A stretch of DNA of 63,721 nt, filler included, from Lama guanicoe (taxonomy: Eukaryota): assembly GCA_013239625.1 (NCBI GenBank). It is 182 parts of 182 records of this genome, joined end to end, with 100 filler letters (N's around TTAATTAATTAA, not from the genome) between each part and the next. Parts side by side here need not be neighbours in the genome. Positions count along the whole stretch, not along the records: positions 12,949 to 13,198 come from PNXV01048387.1; positions 13,299 to 13,548 come from PNXV01048388.1; positions 13,649 to 13,898 come from PNXV01048389.1; positions 13,999 to 14,248 come from PNXV01048390.1; positions 14,349 to 14,598 come from PNXV01048391.1; positions 14,699 to 14,948 come from PNXV01048392.1; positions 15,049 to 15,298 come from PNXV01048393.1; positions 15,399 to 15,648 come from PNXV01048394.1; 174 more parts are not named here. The stretch is one strand, 5' to 3'. The notes beneath the pieces were generated by a model. That model was not told the origin of the DNA, did not search any database, and saw only the letters and a program-made list of their open reading frames with translations. Both the position numbers and the translations under genes were made by a program. Shown one piece after another: positions 12,849 to 24,413 of this stretch. Each line of letters starts with the position of its first letter. The first letter of the stretch is position 1.

Positions 12849-13648
12849 NNNNNNNNNNNNNNNNNNNNNNNNNNNNNNNNNNNNNNNNNNNNTTAATTAA
12901 TTAANNNNNNNNNNNNNNNNNNNNNNNNNNNNNNNNNNNNNNNNNNNNAGAACTAACTTCTCATGACACCAAAAAGAGACAACTGGTCGGACGTGAACAA
13001 TGGAAAATGCCCCTAGAACAGGAACCACAGTTACGTAAAGGCGGCCCAGGGGGTGTTAGCTGTTGGAACGTCCTCAGAGCTCACTGTCACTGTCTCAGAC
13101 AGCGACTCTGCAGCCATGGCCAGGCTGGGCGTCCCGGACCCCACGGCAAGTGGCAGTTCACAGCCAGAGCTGAATTTCACAAAGGACCCCAACAGTGGNN
13201 NNNNNNNNNNNNNNNNNNNNNNNNNNNNNNNNNNNNNNNNNNTTAATTAATTAANNNNNNNNNNNNNNNNNNNNNNNNNNNNNNNNNNNNNNNNNNNNGA
13301 GGTGAATTACAGAGAGGGCCATGGCTGAAGTGAGAGAAACAAATGGTGGGCATGCGTGGGTATGAAGAAAACTGATGGAAGACTGAGCTCAGATAGGGTA
13401 AGGGTGGAGAACACAAGCTCTCCTCCTGAATTAGAGTTTATTTGTGTTCTAGACATCATCTTGAGGCTTAAAGAAGAAAGCCTGTTGACAAAAATCAACT
13501 GACTCATGGAAAACTGGGAAGGGAGGAAAGAAGGAAGGAAGGAAAGGANNNNNNNNNNNNNNNNNNNNNNNNNNNNNNNNNNNNNNNNNNNNTTAATTAA
13601 TTAANNNNNNNNNNNNNNNNNNNNNNNNNNNNNNNNNNNNNNNNNNNN

Positions 13649-13898
13649 AGAAACAGACTCACAGACATAGAAAACAAACTTATGGTTACCGGGGGAATGA
13701 GGTGGGAAGGGATAAATTGCGAATTTGAGATTTGCAGATACTAACTAATACAAAATACTACTATAAAACAGATAAACAACAGGTCATACTGTATAGCATA
13801 GGAAATTATATTCCGTATCTTGTAGTAACTTACGGTGAAAAGAATATGGAAATGAATATATGTATGTTCATGTGTGACTGAGGCATTATGCTGTACAC
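13649..13898 (+). mobile_element. Lineage-type L1 3' UTR fragment
   Basis: 'gaaacagactcacagacatagaaaacaaacttatggttacc' is an artiodactyl L1 3' UTR motif. Homologous to 22059, 24186, 53994 and 55398. Confidence 0.85.
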
Positions 13899-14348
13899 NN
13901 NNNNNNNNNNNNNNNNNNNNNNNNNNNNNNNNNNNNNNNNNNTTAATTAATTAANNNNNNNNNNNNNNNNNNNNNNNNNNNNNNNNNNNNNNNNNNNNAT
14001 GCGATATATTAAGAGGACACAGGAATAGCTGAATAGGCTCTCACTGGCCATATATGGAAAAACTAAAATATCGAAATAATTTAATTTAAAAATTAATATT
14101 AAAAAGATTACTACATAGAATGGAAAGTAATCATATGATTAAGAATGTATATACAGGTAGTCTAGAAATTTTAATAGCAAACATGTCCTATTTCCTGAAT
14201 ATTGTTAAAATACTGATGACAGGCAGTAAGGATTTAGAGAATGGCTATNNNNNNNNNNNNNNNNNNNNNNNNNNNNNNNNNNNNNNNNNNNNTTAATTAA
14301 TTAANNNNNNNNNNNNNNNNNNNNNNNNNNNNNNNNNNNNNNNNNNNN

Positions 14349-14385
14349 CACCATCACCACCATCACCACCACCATCATCATCATC
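14349..14385 (+). repeat. (CAC/CAT)n microsatellite
   Basis: caccatcaccaccatcaccaccaccatcatcatcatc. Confidence 0.85.
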
Positions 14386-15048
14386 TTGTGGCTTCTGCTG
14401 TTCTTATTAGAATTAATTTTTGTTTAAAAATGGATGACCATCCCATTGATATCTCAGACATAACACAGACTTCACGTTGAAAGTGCTTTGGTATTTGGTA
14501 CTTCAAGGGCACATCTCAGCACACCCACCAGGGAAAGCAGGGCACACACCTGGTTTTCTCTTGACCCAATTGCTGATGGGGAGCAGATTCAGCAAAGANN
14601 NNNNNNNNNNNNNNNNNNNNNNNNNNNNNNNNNNNNNNNNNNTTAATTAATTAANNNNNNNNNNNNNNNNNNNNNNNNNNNNNNNNNNNNNNNNNNNNCA
14701 AGGTCATCACTGATTTCAAGACTCAACCTTGACTCTGTGTGTGTGTGTGGGTGGGTGTCCAGATAGAACAGGAAGCAAGTGTGGAAGTAGGAAAGTTGAC
14801 CATGTGCCCTGCCCTACCCCCACTTTGCTGCCATCTGGCTAGCTTGCCCAAGGGGATGACACCTGGTAGGCACTACAGATATATTAAGAAATATTACATC
14901 ATCTTGGGGGTGTCCTGAAACCTTTATACTTGAACATGTAGACTGCATNNNNNNNNNNNNNNNNNNNNNNNNNNNNNNNNNNNNNNNNNNNNTTAATTAA
15001 TTAANNNNNNNNNNNNNNNNNNNNNNNNNNNNNNNNNNNNNNNNNNNN

Positions 15049-15648
15049 ACATACCCTTTGAGATCAACTCCACCAGGGTGTTACCACGACCCACTAGCGC
15101 CGCAGTTATCAAAGCTAAGTGAAATGAACCACCACATTTCACGGAAAGACCAGAACACAATAAAGTGGACTGCAGAGCCCTGCCCATCGGAAGGGCAAGC
15201 ATTGTTTCATGACACTTTCTTCCAATTGTGTTTGCGTAGTGTGTGTGCACTGGGTAACAATATATCTATTTATTTCCCTGCAGGATTTTACAGAGTTTNN
15301 NNNNNNNNNNNNNNNNNNNNNNNNNNNNNNNNNNNNNNNNNNTTAATTAATTAANNNNNNNNNNNNNNNNNNNNNNNNNNNNNNNNNNNNNNNNNNNNAC
15401 ATACCCTTTGAGATCAACTCCACCAGGGTGTTACCACGACCCACTAGTGCCGCAGTTATCAAAGCTAAGTGAAATGAACCACCACGTTTCACGGAAAGAC
15501 CAGAACACAATAAAGTGGACCGCAGAGCCCTGCCCCTCGGAAGGGCAAGCATTGTTTCATGACACTTTCTTTCAATTGTGTTTGCGTAGTGTGTGTGCGC
15601 TGGGTAACAATATATCTATTTATTTCCCTGCAGGATTTTACAGAGTTT
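15049..15648 (+). repeat. Near-identical contig pair (15049-15298 and 15399-15648), 6 substitutions
   Basis: Direct alignment with identical end points. The first mismatch is at base 50 and the last is followed by 49 identical bases. Confidence 0.95.
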
Positions 15649-17159
15649 NNNNNNNNNNNNNNNNNNNNNNNNNNNNNNNNNNNNNNNNNNNNTTAATTAA
15701 TTAANNNNNNNNNNNNNNNNNNNNNNNNNNNNNNNNNNNNNNNNNNNNAGATAAAGGAGAAGGAGGAGGCTGTGTAAATATGGAGCCACAATTAGGGTCG
15801 AGTTGCCGGGACCTTCATGGGGCGGGGGGGTCAAGGCTACCTTATATTATCATTTGGGTTTTGTTTCCAGCTCCCCCGACACACACTCACACACCCTCCA
15901 TCGCCCACGCAGCGGGCAGAACAGTGGGAGCACCCATCTCTCCCTGACATGCCTTCATTTTTCCAGGACACACCCTATGATGACCGTGATGATGACAANN
16001 NNNNNNNNNNNNNNNNNNNNNNNNNNNNNNNNNNNNNNNNNNTTAATTAATTAANNNNNNNNNNNNNNNNNNNNNNNNNNNNNNNNNNNNNNNNNNNNAA
16101 TCTATTCAATGGCAGTCATTATTTAATAGTAAAGAAAACTCGTGAAAATTGATGAGGAACTTTTCAAATTGGAAGATGTGACACTGTCGTGCCAAGATAC
16201 TCTTTTCCCACATCACCAACGTGCTCTTCTTAGAAAAGGGGTATATTAAACCTCAGATGTTCAACCTGTTCCCATTGCATGACTTGATCAGTATTCTTTG
16301 TTTTCTGAGTATATGAAGTGTTTCCTATTTTTTATTTTTTTATCATTTNNNNNNNNNNNNNNNNNNNNNNNNNNNNNNNNNNNNNNNNNNNNTTAATTAA
16401 TTAANNNNNNNNNNNNNNNNNNNNNNNNNNNNNNNNNNNNNNNNNNNNAGGCCATGGAGTTCTCATTTTCTCATTTTCTGTGCATATGTAACTTGTTTGT
16501 CTAGCCCTGAACTAAAACATATCTTCTTAGGAGGTAAAATCTCTTCCCTGTTTCTGAACATATGAGGCTGGAAAAGTCCGTTCTTAAATTACATTTGCCG
16601 TTAGTTCTAGGACTCTGACTGAGAAGGAAACATTGTACCTTCTGGGTTCCCACCCTCAGCACATGCACACACACTTGCACACCTGCTCCTTCTACATANN
16701 NNNNNNNNNNNNNNNNNNNNNNNNNNNNNNNNNNNNNNNNNNTTAATTAATTAANNNNNNNNNNNNNNNNNNNNNNNNNNNNNNNNNNNNNNNNNNNNTA
16801 TTTTCCTTATGAAAATGTCAAATTATTAAGGAGAAAACAATATTTACAATATTGGTCACAGAGAATACACTTTACAAAGTTGGCTTCCTCATTTAAATCT
16901 CTTTCTGTAACGTGTCTAAGACATCACTAATACTTTAAGAATGTCAAATCCTAATCAAATTGTAACTCTGGTAAAGTAAGTTACTAAAAGTTATCAATAT
17001 GAAAGTTATTAAATTTCCACTGTGATAAAACAAAATAGGAATCAAAATNNNNNNNNNNNNNNNNNNNNNNNNNNNNNNNNNNNNNNNNNNNNTTAATTAA
17101 TTAANNNNNNNNNNNNNNNNNNNNNNNNNNNNNNNNNNNNNNNNNNNNTTATCTCATCT

Positions 17160-17390
17160 CTCTTTTCCTCTTAGATCCCTCCCAAGGGTACAGGTCCTGA
17201 CCTGATGCTTTTTTCCCATCCTACCTAGTTACGTGGGAATCTTTCTTGCAGACTTGGTTTCTCACAGGAGTCCTTTTGCCAGTTTCCAGTTAGTTTTCCA
17301 TGAGAATTGTTCCACGTGTAGATGTATTTTTGATGTGTTTCTGGGGGAAGGTGAGCTCCGTATCCTCTTAGTTGCCATCTTGATCCTCCT
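17160..17390 (-). mobile_element. L1 5' terminus (laurasiatherian L1M 5' UTR type)
   Basis: The reverse strand begins 'gatcaagatggc' (YY1 core typical of L1 5' ends), then 'gagctcaccttcccccagaaacacatcaaaaatacatctacacgtggaacaattctc'. Confidence 0.6.
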
Positions 17391-17498
17391 GCCTGAGANN
17401 NNNNNNNNNNNNNNNNNNNNNNNNNNNNNNNNNNNNNNNNNNTTAATTAATTAANNNNNNNNNNNNNNNNNNNNNNNNNNNNNNNNNNNNNNNNNNNN

Positions 17499-17748
17499 TG
17501 GGTATGTGGCAGATACTCTCTTGAAAATGAACAAAGTGAACCTGTTACTTGAAGAAAAACAACTAACAGTATTTGCGGCCACTGATAAAAACTGAACTTT
17601 CAAGTGAAAATTAGAGTACTGAAGACTTGTGTTTGCCATCATGAGCTTGACAGCTTTCCAACACTTAAAGACTTCCTATCCAATAGGTGGTGTGTACAAC
17701 AAATGCAATTTTGTTTGTTTGCTGTTGGATATCCTATGTGTCAATAAA
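17499..17748 (+). mobile_element. hAT-Charlie (Charlie1-like) DNA transposon internal fragment
   Basis: 'ggcagat...ttgaaaatgaacaaagtgaacctgt...aaaacaactaacagtatttg...gagcttgacagctttcca' resembles the decayed transposase region. Confidence 0.7.
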
Positions 17749-18199
17749 NNNNNNNNNNNNNNNNNNNNNNNNNNNNNNNNNNNNNNNNNNNNTTAATTAA
17801 TTAANNNNNNNNNNNNNNNNNNNNNNNNNNNNNNNNNNNNNNNNNNNNTTTGTATTCTTCAAAATTTCAGATGATATGAAACATTCTTACTTCACTTTGA
17901 ATGATTCCCATTTAGGACTCGCTCAGTCTCTCAGTCAAAACCTGGATGTTGGCAGGTGGCTAAATATAGGGACTACTTTTAGCTAAGCTTTTTCAATCGC
18001 ATAATGATATCTAGCCAAAGCAACTGCCTTGAACCCTGTCCCCATTTTCTAGGACCACCATGCGAACCCTTGAGCAGTGCCAGAACAGCCTGCGTTCGTN
18101 NNNNNNNNNNNNNNNNNNNNNNNNNNNNNNNNNNNNNNNNNNNTTAATTAATTAANNNNNNNNNNNNNNNNNNNNNNNNNNNNNNNNNNNNNNNNNNNN

Positions 18200-18450
18200 T
18201 TCAGCTAAGTGTTTCTAAAGGCTGGGTGAGGGACGGGTGTCCTAGGGTCTGTGATCAGCTTGCACACAGTTCTCTGACTGGTTGATGGGGGAGGTAACAG
18301 GGAGGGGTCACAGGGGTTAACATTATCCATCCTTAGGCAACCGTAGGTCTGGGGGCTACTTGCTCATGATTATCAAGTAGCTGACTTTCTCCATTTGGTG
18401 GGGGTTTTAGCATCTATAAAACAACTCAGGACATGTGCATCAGATACTGT
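18200..18450 (-). mobile_element. ERV1-type LTR internal fragment
   Basis: 'gtgatcagcttgcacacagttctctgactggttgatgg...gtaacagg' with a reverse CCAAT-like box; recognised LTR pattern. Confidence 0.55.
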
Positions 18451-19602
18451 NNNNNNNNNNNNNNNNNNNNNNNNNNNNNNNNNNNNNNNNNNNNTTAATT
18501 AATTAANNNNNNNNNNNNNNNNNNNNNNNNNNNNNNNNNNNNNNNNNNNNTTGATTTACATACAGCTGTCCAGTTTTCCCAACACCATTTGCTGAAGAGA
18601 TTTATCTTCTTAATTGATTAGCATCCACTAAGGGAATGGTGTGTGAGTGATGCCTTAGAGAGAGATCACAGGAATCTTTCTGGTACTTAGTATTATGTGA
18701 AATTTCTAAGATTCAGATTTTTTTCCAGTATTTGAAATAAGGATAACAATATTTGTTCTGCCTACTTTGTGATGTGGCTATGGAGATCAAACGAGGTTGT
18801 NNNNNNNNNNNNNNNNNNNNNNNNNNNNNNNNNNNNNNNNNNNNTTAATTAATTAANNNNNNNNNNNNNNNNNNNNNNNNNNNNNNNNNNNNNNNNNNNN
18901 CTGTTTGAGTGGCATATTGTCTTTCTGTTATAAACCATATCCCAAATGTCTTATCTACAATTTCTCCTTCAAGCTGATGGAAGTTTGATGAGGTCTTCAT
19001 GGAAGCTGCGGAATAATCTGAGTGTGGAGTTCTTGGAACGTTTACGATTCCCGTGCACCATTTTTTGGGTTACTTCACTCATATTGACTTTCATCACTAA
19101 AAAAACAACAGCATTAAATTCATTTTCATAGATAAAATGCCCCTTCATAAANNNNNNNNNNNNNNNNNNNNNNNNNNNNNNNNNNNNNNNNNNNNTTAAT
19201 TAATTAANNNNNNNNNNNNNNNNNNNNNNNNNNNNNNNNNNNNNNNNNNNNATAACTTTCTTAGGATATGGAATCTGCTATATCCCTTAGCTTTCCATGG
19301 CTCCTAAGGGCCTATCAGGTTGGTTTGAGGGGGGGTGTTTTGTTTTGTTTTGGTTGCTCCAGAGTTGAATTTTGCATCCTTTTTTTCTTTTAGGTAATGA
19401 TAAGCAATTTTTGCCAGATGTGGCATGACAAATTCTGAATGCAAGGGAAAAGATTGCCCCTTGAAAAGTCTAATATAGTCCTCCCAAGTTTAAAGAAGAG
19501 AANNNNNNNNNNNNNNNNNNNNNNNNNNNNNNNNNNNNNNNNNNNNTTAATTAATTAANNNNNNNNNNNNNNNNNNNNNNNNNNNNNNNNNNNNNNNNNN
19601 NN

Positions 19603-19852
19603 TCTTTTCAAGTGCACATGGAACATTCTCTAGGATAGATCATGTACTCGGACACAAAAGAAGTCCCCACAAATTTAAGACGATAGAAATTATTTCAAGC
19701 ATCTTTTATGACCACAATGTCATGAAACTAGAAATCAACCACAGGAAAACAAAGGAGACAAAAATGACAGCATGGAGATTAAACAACATGCTACTAAAAA
19801 ACCAATGTGTCAATGATAAAATCAAAGAAGAAATTAAAAAATACTTTGAGAC
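19603..19852 (+). mobile_element. L1 ORF2 endonuclease C-terminus, frame open across contig
   Basis: FSSAHGTFSRIDHVLGHKRSPHKFKTIEIISSIFYDHNVMKLEINHRK...AWRLNNMLLKNQ. Confidence 0.95.
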
Positions 19853-21005
19853 NNNNNNNNNNNNNNNNNNNNNNNNNNNNNNNNNNNNNNNNNNNNTTAA
19901 TTAATTAANNNNNNNNNNNNNNNNNNNNNNNNNNNNNNNNNNNNNNNNNNNNCCAGTGCATTTGTATGCTGGAAAATTACTGCCTCGTAACATGGCCTCG
20001 TGCATAGTGAGTCTTCAGTTAATATGTGAAAGTACAGGACTGGTACACATTGGTTAGTTCTGGCCTCAATTCACCAAATATTTATTAGATACATACTGTG
20101 TACAAGTCGCTTCAGGACAGAGAGTGAGATATAAAAGCAGATGACCAAAACAATTGTAATGGTGTCTCAGTTTAGTAAAAATATGAAGTGAAAATGCTCC
20201 CTANNNNNNNNNNNNNNNNNNNNNNNNNNNNNNNNNNNNNNNNNNNNTTAATTAATTAANNNNNNNNNNNNNNNNNNNNNNNNNNNNNNNNNNNNNNNNN
20301 NNNTTTTTTTGGAGGAAACTTAAGAGTTTATTGAATGAAATATATGTTGGCATTGGAAGACTTTTGTTTTCTTTTATTTGTTGTTGTCTTTTTTCTTTCA
20401 GTTTTATTGAGATACAATTGACATACCACACTCCAACATAAGTTGAAGATGAACAGCATAAGCTGACTTACATACATCATGAGATGATTATCATGATAAA
20501 TTTAGTGAACATCTGTCATCTCATATAGATACAAAATTAAAGTATTAGAAAAAANNNNNNNNNNNNNNNNNNNNNNNNNNNNNNNNNNNNNNNNNNNNTT
20601 AATTAATTAANNNNNNNNNNNNNNNNNNNNNNNNNNNNNNNNNNNNNNNNNNNNTCTTTCTCTCACAGCTCTGAGATTAGCTGCATAAAAGTATAGACCC
20701 TGAAAGTGTGTGTCTACAAGTCAAAAGAGTTGCCTGGATTCCTTTTAAGTCTCCAAATCTGAAACTATATGATTTTGTATGAGTGGAAATGATCTAATTT
20801 TTTCTGGGGAACAGTTCTGTAACTTTTATCTGATTCACAAAGGTACCATGACTGGGGATGGCCACATAATTTCTCACCCAGCCTGGGACACTATGGACAG
20901 TGAAANNNNNNNNNNNNNNNNNNNNNNNNNNNNNNNNNNNNNNNNNNNNTTAATTAATTAANNNNNNNNNNNNNNNNNNNNNNNNNNNNNNNNNNNNNNN
21001 NNNNN

Positions 21006-21256
21006 GGAGGAGGTGGAGGAGGTGGTGGAGGAGGAGGTGGAGGAGGAGGTGGAGATGGAGGAGGAAGTTGAGGAGGAGGAAGTTGAGGAGGAGGAGATTA
21101 GGTGGCAGGGGAAGAGGACATGTTGCAGAGGAGTCGGAGGAGAAGCGGAGGAGGAGAAGGTGGAGGAGGAGCAGGTGGAGGAGGAGGAGCAGGTGGAGGA
21201 GGAGGAGCTGTAGGAGGAGTTGGAGGAGGTGGAGGAGGAGGAGGAGGAGGTGGAGG
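21006..21256 (+). repeat. Imperfect (GGA)n purine-rich simple repeat
   Basis: Almost entirely GAG/GTG triplets. Confidence 0.9.
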
Positions 21257-21356
21257 NNNNNNNNNNNNNNNNNNNNNNNNNNNNNNNNNNNNNNNNNNNN
21301 TTAATTAATTAANNNNNNNNNNNNNNNNNNNNNNNNNNNNNNNNNNNNNNNNNNNN

Positions 21357-21607
21357 ATCAGATGATACAGATAAACAGATCAGTGGGCTGGAAGACAGAG
21401 TAGTACAAGTCACTGAGCTGGACAGGGGGACAAAAAAGAATAAAGAGAAATGCAGACAGTTTAAGAGACACTGGGGCAACACCAAGCCGATCAGCATCCA
21501 CACCACAGGGGTCCCAGAAGGAGAAGAGAGAAACGGGCAGAGAAGACATCTGAAGACATAATAGCTGAAAACTTCCCTAACATGGGAAAGGGCACAGGTG
21601 TCCGGAT
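21357..21607 (+). mobile_element. L1 ORF1 fragment (coiled-coil end and RRM start)
   Basis: 'atcagtgggctggaagacagagtagta' encodes ISGLEDRVV; also GVPEGEER and 'ataatagctgaaaacttccctaac' (IIAENFPN). Confidence 0.9.
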
Positions 21608-22058
21608 NNNNNNNNNNNNNNNNNNNNNNNNNNNNNNNNNNNNNNNNNNNNTTAATTAATTAANNNNNNNNNNNNNNNNNNNNNNNNNNNNNNNNNNNNN
21701 NNNNNNNGGCCCCCTGCCTGAGGTGAAATGAGCCTATCCGATGTATTCTGGACATTGGCAGGAAAAGGAGACTGCAGGTATCGTGGTTCAGCATGATTAG
21801 GGGGTGGTAGGGAGGGTCCTGGTGGCCTAACTGCTCTTTACACAAAATTTTAACCAGTTATGCTTGTACATTTGTGTGGTAAAATATACATAAAACTTAC
21901 TATTTCAACCATTTTTAAGCATACAACTCAGTGGCATTAAGTACATTCACAATGATGTNNNNNNNNNNNNNNNNNNNNNNNNNNNNNNNNNNNNNNNNNN
22001 NNTTAATTAATTAANNNNNNNNNNNNNNNNNNNNNNNNNNNNNNNNNNNNNNNNNNNN

Positions 22059-22308
22059 TGCTATACAGAAGAAACTTGGTTTTTTTTTAAATCTATTTTT
22101 ATATATATAGTGGCTAACATCTGCAGATCTCAAACTCCCAAATTTATCCTTTCCCACCCCTTTCCCCCGGTAACCGTAAGATTGTTTACTATGAATCTGT
22201 TTCTGTTTTATAGATGAGTGCATTAGTACCCTTTTTTTATTTATTTTTTTTAGATTCCACATATGAGTAATATCATATGGTATTTTCCTTTCTCTTTCTG
22301 GCTTACTT
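22059..22308 (-). mobile_element. Lineage-type L1 3' UTR fragment
   Basis: Reverse complement matches 53994-54244 ('atatgtggaatctaaaaaaa...tacaaaacagaaacaga'). Confidence 0.88.
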
Positions 22309-22759
22309 NNNNNNNNNNNNNNNNNNNNNNNNNNNNNNNNNNNNNNNNNNNNTTAATTAATTAANNNNNNNNNNNNNNNNNNNNNNNNNNNNNNNNNNNN
22401 NNNNNNNNCCTGCAATGCCTACACTAGAGCTTCCTTCACAGCATGGAAGCTTCAGCGTTGTCAAACCTCATTCATTGTGGTTCAGGGGTCAAAGAGAGAC
22501 TGTACCTGCAAATAAAATCATGACCTTCTATTCAATTCAATTAAATCCCAAACAGTGAATGCTTAACAATGTTTAAAGTTTTCTGTAATATACCCATCTT
22601 CTCTGGTCTCAATTCCTGTGTTCTAGAAATCCTCAAGAACTGGTAGTGAGTATGGAGAANNNNNNNNNNNNNNNNNNNNNNNNNNNNNNNNNNNNNNNNN
22701 NNNTTAATTAATTAANNNNNNNNNNNNNNNNNNNNNNNNNNNNNNNNNNNNNNNNNNNN

Positions 22760-23010
22760 ATTTCTACACAATAAATAAACAAACAGAGCATGAAAGTAAG
22801 AAAAGAATGTTACCTCCAATAGTATCAAAAAGAATAAAATACTTAGGAATAAATTTAACAGAAGTGTAAACCTTTGAACGCTGTAGGACGTCGTTGAAAG
22901 CAAAGGAAGAAGGCCTAAGTGAAGGAACAGGCATGTCTGTGGGTGAGACGCGCCAGCAGCGTCAAGGTGGCAACACTCCCCGAAGCGCTCTGCAGACCCA
23001 GCACCGCCGC
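22760..23010 (+). mobile_element. Old L1 ORF2 fragment (post-RT), distal half strongly GC-shifted
   Basis: 'aaaagaataaaatacttaggaataaatttaac' encodes RIKYLGINL. It is followed by a decayed, CpG-rich version of the VKMAILPK.IYRFN region. Confidence 0.75.
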
Positions 23011-23812
23011 NNNNNNNNNNNNNNNNNNNNNNNNNNNNNNNNNNNNNNNNNNNNTTAATTAATTAANNNNNNNNNNNNNNNNNNNNNNNNNNNNNNNNNN
23101 NNNNNNNNNNTGAATGTTGTTACTGTACCGTTTCTCATCACTGACTTCTGACTTGTCTCTAATCTGTGTGTGATATTCAGAGAAATTTGGTTACAGATTA
23201 GAGAGTATTTTAACTGATTTAAAATTTAATGTATTAAGTTTTCATATTTCATTATATATAATCTTATATGTACCTAAGTATATATACTCAGATTTTGTGT
23301 CTCTTATGGACTTAGGATTTTCCATTGTGATGACTAAGTAGATGCTGAGGAGGTGTAATTANNNNNNNNNNNNNNNNNNNNNNNNNNNNNNNNNNNNNNN
23401 NNNNNTTAATTAATTAANNNNNNNNNNNNNNNNNNNNNNNNNNNNNNNNNNNNNNNNNNNNTGCAGTAGTAGTAGGCTCCGGGAATGGTGGGTCGGAATC
23501 CCAGCTCTGGCCCCAGGGAGTAGCTGGAGAATAGCAGCAGCTTGACTTGGGTGACTGCGGGTCAATGTCATGACTTAGAACCCTAGGGAGGTGGGCACAG
23601 AGGTATCGCAGCACAGCCCGGTGATGGCAAGTGAAACCCCAGCTGAGGACGCGGGGGCAGTTCCAGAATAGCATCAGCTCGGCTTCCGCGATGGCAGGAC
23701 AAAGCCATGACTNNNNNNNNNNNNNNNNNNNNNNNNNNNNNNNNNNNNNNNNNNNNTTAATTAATTAANNNNNNNNNNNNNNNNNNNNNNNNNNNNNNNN
23801 NNNNNNNNNNNN

Positions 23813-24063
23813 CGGTTCGCCGTACGTCGCCTCCAGCCCCTGCGGGTGCGCGGGACGCTGCGGGCACCGGGCTGCGACCCCGGCGAGGCCGCCCGGCGAA
23901 GGCTGGCTTCTGCGTTGTCTGCGGGTTGTCGTCTGTGGAGAATTTCGAGGATCTTCAAATTGCAGTGAAGGAGTCGCAGAGCGGGAGAAAAGTAAGTGCG
24001 CAGTGTCGCCGGGCGTGGTCGCTTGTCGGCGTCCCCGGGGTGCGGCCGCCGCCGCCGGGCGCG
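23813..24063 (+). promoter_or_regulatory. CpG island with first-exon end and splice donor AAA|GTAAGT (GT at 23992)
   Basis: Very high GC and CpG content; perfect intronic GTAAGT followed by a GC-rich intron start. Confidence 0.6.
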
Positions 24064-24163
24064 NNNNNNNNNNNNNNNNNNNNNNNNNNNNNNNNNNNNN
24101 NNNNNNNTTAATTAATTAANNNNNNNNNNNNNNNNNNNNNNNNNNNNNNNNNNNNNNNNNNNN

Positions 24164-24413
24164 GAAAGAAAGAAAGAAAGAAGAAATTAATGAACTCGTT
24201 TACAAAACAGAAACAGACTCGCAGACATAGTCAAAAATCTTATGAGGGGAGAGGAGGAGGTAGGAAGGGATAAGTTTTGGAGTTTGAGATTTACAAAGGT
24301 TAACTACTATATATAAAAATAGAAAAAAACCAGATTTCTCCTGTATACCACAGGGAACTATATTCAATATCTTGTAATAACCTTTAATAAAAAGAATATG
24401 GAAACAAATATAT
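24164..24413 (+). mobile_element. (GAAA)n followed by lineage-type L1 3' UTR
   Basis: 'tacaaaacagaaacagactcgcagacatag...gggataag...gagtttgagatttacaaa...cagggaactatattcaatatcttgtaataacc'. Confidence 0.88.

Noticed and set aside
15058..15704. Tandemly duplicated 98-aa genes
   Set aside because: Chance frames in two bubble-arm contigs, running into the linker.
21013..21308. Glu-rich, Arg-rich (protamine-like) or Gly-rich proteins
   Set aside because: These are the three reading frames of a (GGA)n simple repeat.
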